A stretch of 63,820 nucleotides of DNA, filler included, from Octopus bimaculoides (lineage: Eukaryota): assembly GCF_001194135.2 (NCBI RefSeq). It is 5 parts of 4 records of this genome, joined end to end, with 100 filler letters (N's around TTAATTAATTAA, not from the genome) between each part and the next. Parts side by side here need not be neighbours in the genome. Positions count along the whole stretch, not along the records: positions 53,125 to 63,820 come from NC_068982.1; 4 more parts are not named here. The stretch is one strand, 5' to 3'. This document shows, one piece after another, positions 62,126 to 63,820 of this stretch. How positions within the stretch are numbered: the stretch's first letter is position 1; every line of letters starts with the position of its first letter. The notes under the pieces are model-generated. The model was not told where the DNA came from and did not search any database. It saw only the letters and a list, made by a program, of their open reading frames with translations. The position numbers were made by a program, and so were the translations under genes.

Positions 62126-62379
62126 TACACACTCACACACACATCTATAATTGGTTCGATTCCGAGCACTAAGTCGTGGGTTCGGAGTTCGAATCGCACT
62201 AGAGATAGTACAATAAATAACAGCCAGTCAAAAGTTTAATCGATTAACTCAATTGCTTCTCTCTGATTTCACTGTGGTCTTCTTGTTCTTGATTATCATC
62301 AATATTGAGGGCAGCGATCTGCCAGAATCATCGCAGAGGGGGTATTTATTCTAGTTCTTCAGATTTTGAATTTAAACTA

Positions 62380-62470
62380 TTTCTTCTTCTTCTTCTTCTT
62401 CTTCTTCTTCTTCTTCTTCTTCTTCTTCTTCTTCTTCTTCTTCTTCTTCTTCTTCTTCTTCTTCTTCTTC
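62380..62470. repeat. (TTC)n microsatellite running into an assembly gap
   Basis: Direct reading. Confidence 0.95.
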
Positions 62471-62855
62471 NNNNNNNNNNNNNNNNNNNNNNNNNNNNNN
62501 NNNNNNNNNNNNNNNNNNNNNNNNNNNNNNNNNNNNNNNNNNNNNNNNNNNNNNNNNNNNNNNNNNNNNNNNNNNNNNNNNNNNNNNNNNNNNNNNNNNN
62601 NNNNNNNNNNNNNNNNNNNNNNNNNNNNNNNNNNNNNNNNNNNNNNNNNNNNNNNNNNNNNNNNNNNNNNNNNNNNNNNNNNNNNNNNNNNNNNNNNNNN
62701 NNNNNNNNNNNNNNNNNNNNNNNNNNNNNNNNNNNNNNNNNNNNNNNNNNNNNNNNNNNNNNNNNNNNNNNNNNNNNNNNNNNNNNNNNNNNNNNNNNNN
62801 NNNNNNNNNNNNNNNNNNNNNNNNNNNNNNNNNNNNNNNNNNNNNNNNNNNNNNN

Positions 62856-62894
<39 letters not shown>

Positions 62895-63079
62895 TATACG
62901 TACGTATGTACGTATGCATACGACTGGGTGTGTATTATATTTCACAAATACGTCAAGGATATAGTTCCGTGCGAAGTTTATCAAATTAACCGATAGATTT
63001 GATATAATATATCAAATTACTTTGAATCGAGAGCTATAATATCATCTAATTTAAAGAAAATGAAGTAATGCACTCTTAG

Positions 63080-63112
<33 letters not shown>

Positions 63113-63217
63113 TGTATGTATGTATGTATGTGCGCATGTATGTATATATGTGCCTCCTGTCTGTCTGGCTGTCTGGTTGTCTCTGACTGTCTCTATAGTT
63201 GTGTGTGTGTGTGTGTG

Positions 63218-63261
<44 letters not shown>

Positions 63262-63820
63262 ATCATCATGAACGGACGGTAGACACATCGGCTCCGTAAG
63301 TTTTGCCTTTTTTTCCTTTTAAATGTTTGTTTCTCAGTCATATTTTATATACAAAAGCTGTGCAACAACTGATATATTCAGTTGTGCAACTTGTTTGCAC
63401 GGGAAATCTGCCGTGTGTGGCGAATTCCCCATTTTTGTAAAATTTATTTTCGGCTTTCTTAGCCATTTTATTTTGAGAATGGCGATTCCAAGCCATGTGA
63501 GGAACGCCGGTCTGTTTGGCCNNNNNNNNNNNNNNNNNNNNCTCGTTCGCAATTAACTTTCCTACCCTTCCTTCACCACAACTTCACGAAGGAGGGAACA
63601 AAGGAAGAAGTAGCACACAAACAGGTGCCAGTGTTAGCATGAACGCTAACACCGCCACCACCATCACCACCACCAACAACAACAACACCGTGTGAAGGGC
63701 TATGACCTCAAAGACAAACACCAACACCACCACCACAGCTTCACCGTCAACTGCTACAACGGACGCCCCCGCCACCACCACAGCCTCACCGTCAGCTACT
63801 ACAACGGACTCCCCTGCCAC

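Overview
AT-rich, repeat-dense animal genomic DNA. The SINE families, microsatellite load and Prospero sequence suggest an octopus or other coleoid cephalopod, but this is inference from recalled repeat families, not a database match. The only host gene I can support is the large first coding exon of a prospero/Prox1 orthologue (+ strand, exon 33042-35212, 723 codons). It is bounded by a major-class (U2) acceptor and a perfect minor-class (U12, AT-AC) donor ATATCCTTT at 35213. An in-frame stop and a candidate GT donor follow within 36 nt, which resembles the Drosophila prospero twintron. The homeo-Prospero exons are not visible, so the intron probably runs past the window end (>28 kb) unless an exon sits in an N gap. 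The rest is transposon debris: a nested RTE LINE / DD37E Tc1-like / hAT / SINE stack, mariner and DD37D elements, Penelope-like elements with hammerhead ribozyme motifs, Dong/R4-type LINE ends sitting in (TAA)n, tandem, dimeric and inverted SINEs, a foldback MITE, microsatellites and assembly gaps. Most short ORFs in the supplied track are microsatellite or gap artefacts. Repeat boundaries without a TSD or TIR are approximate (tens of bp).
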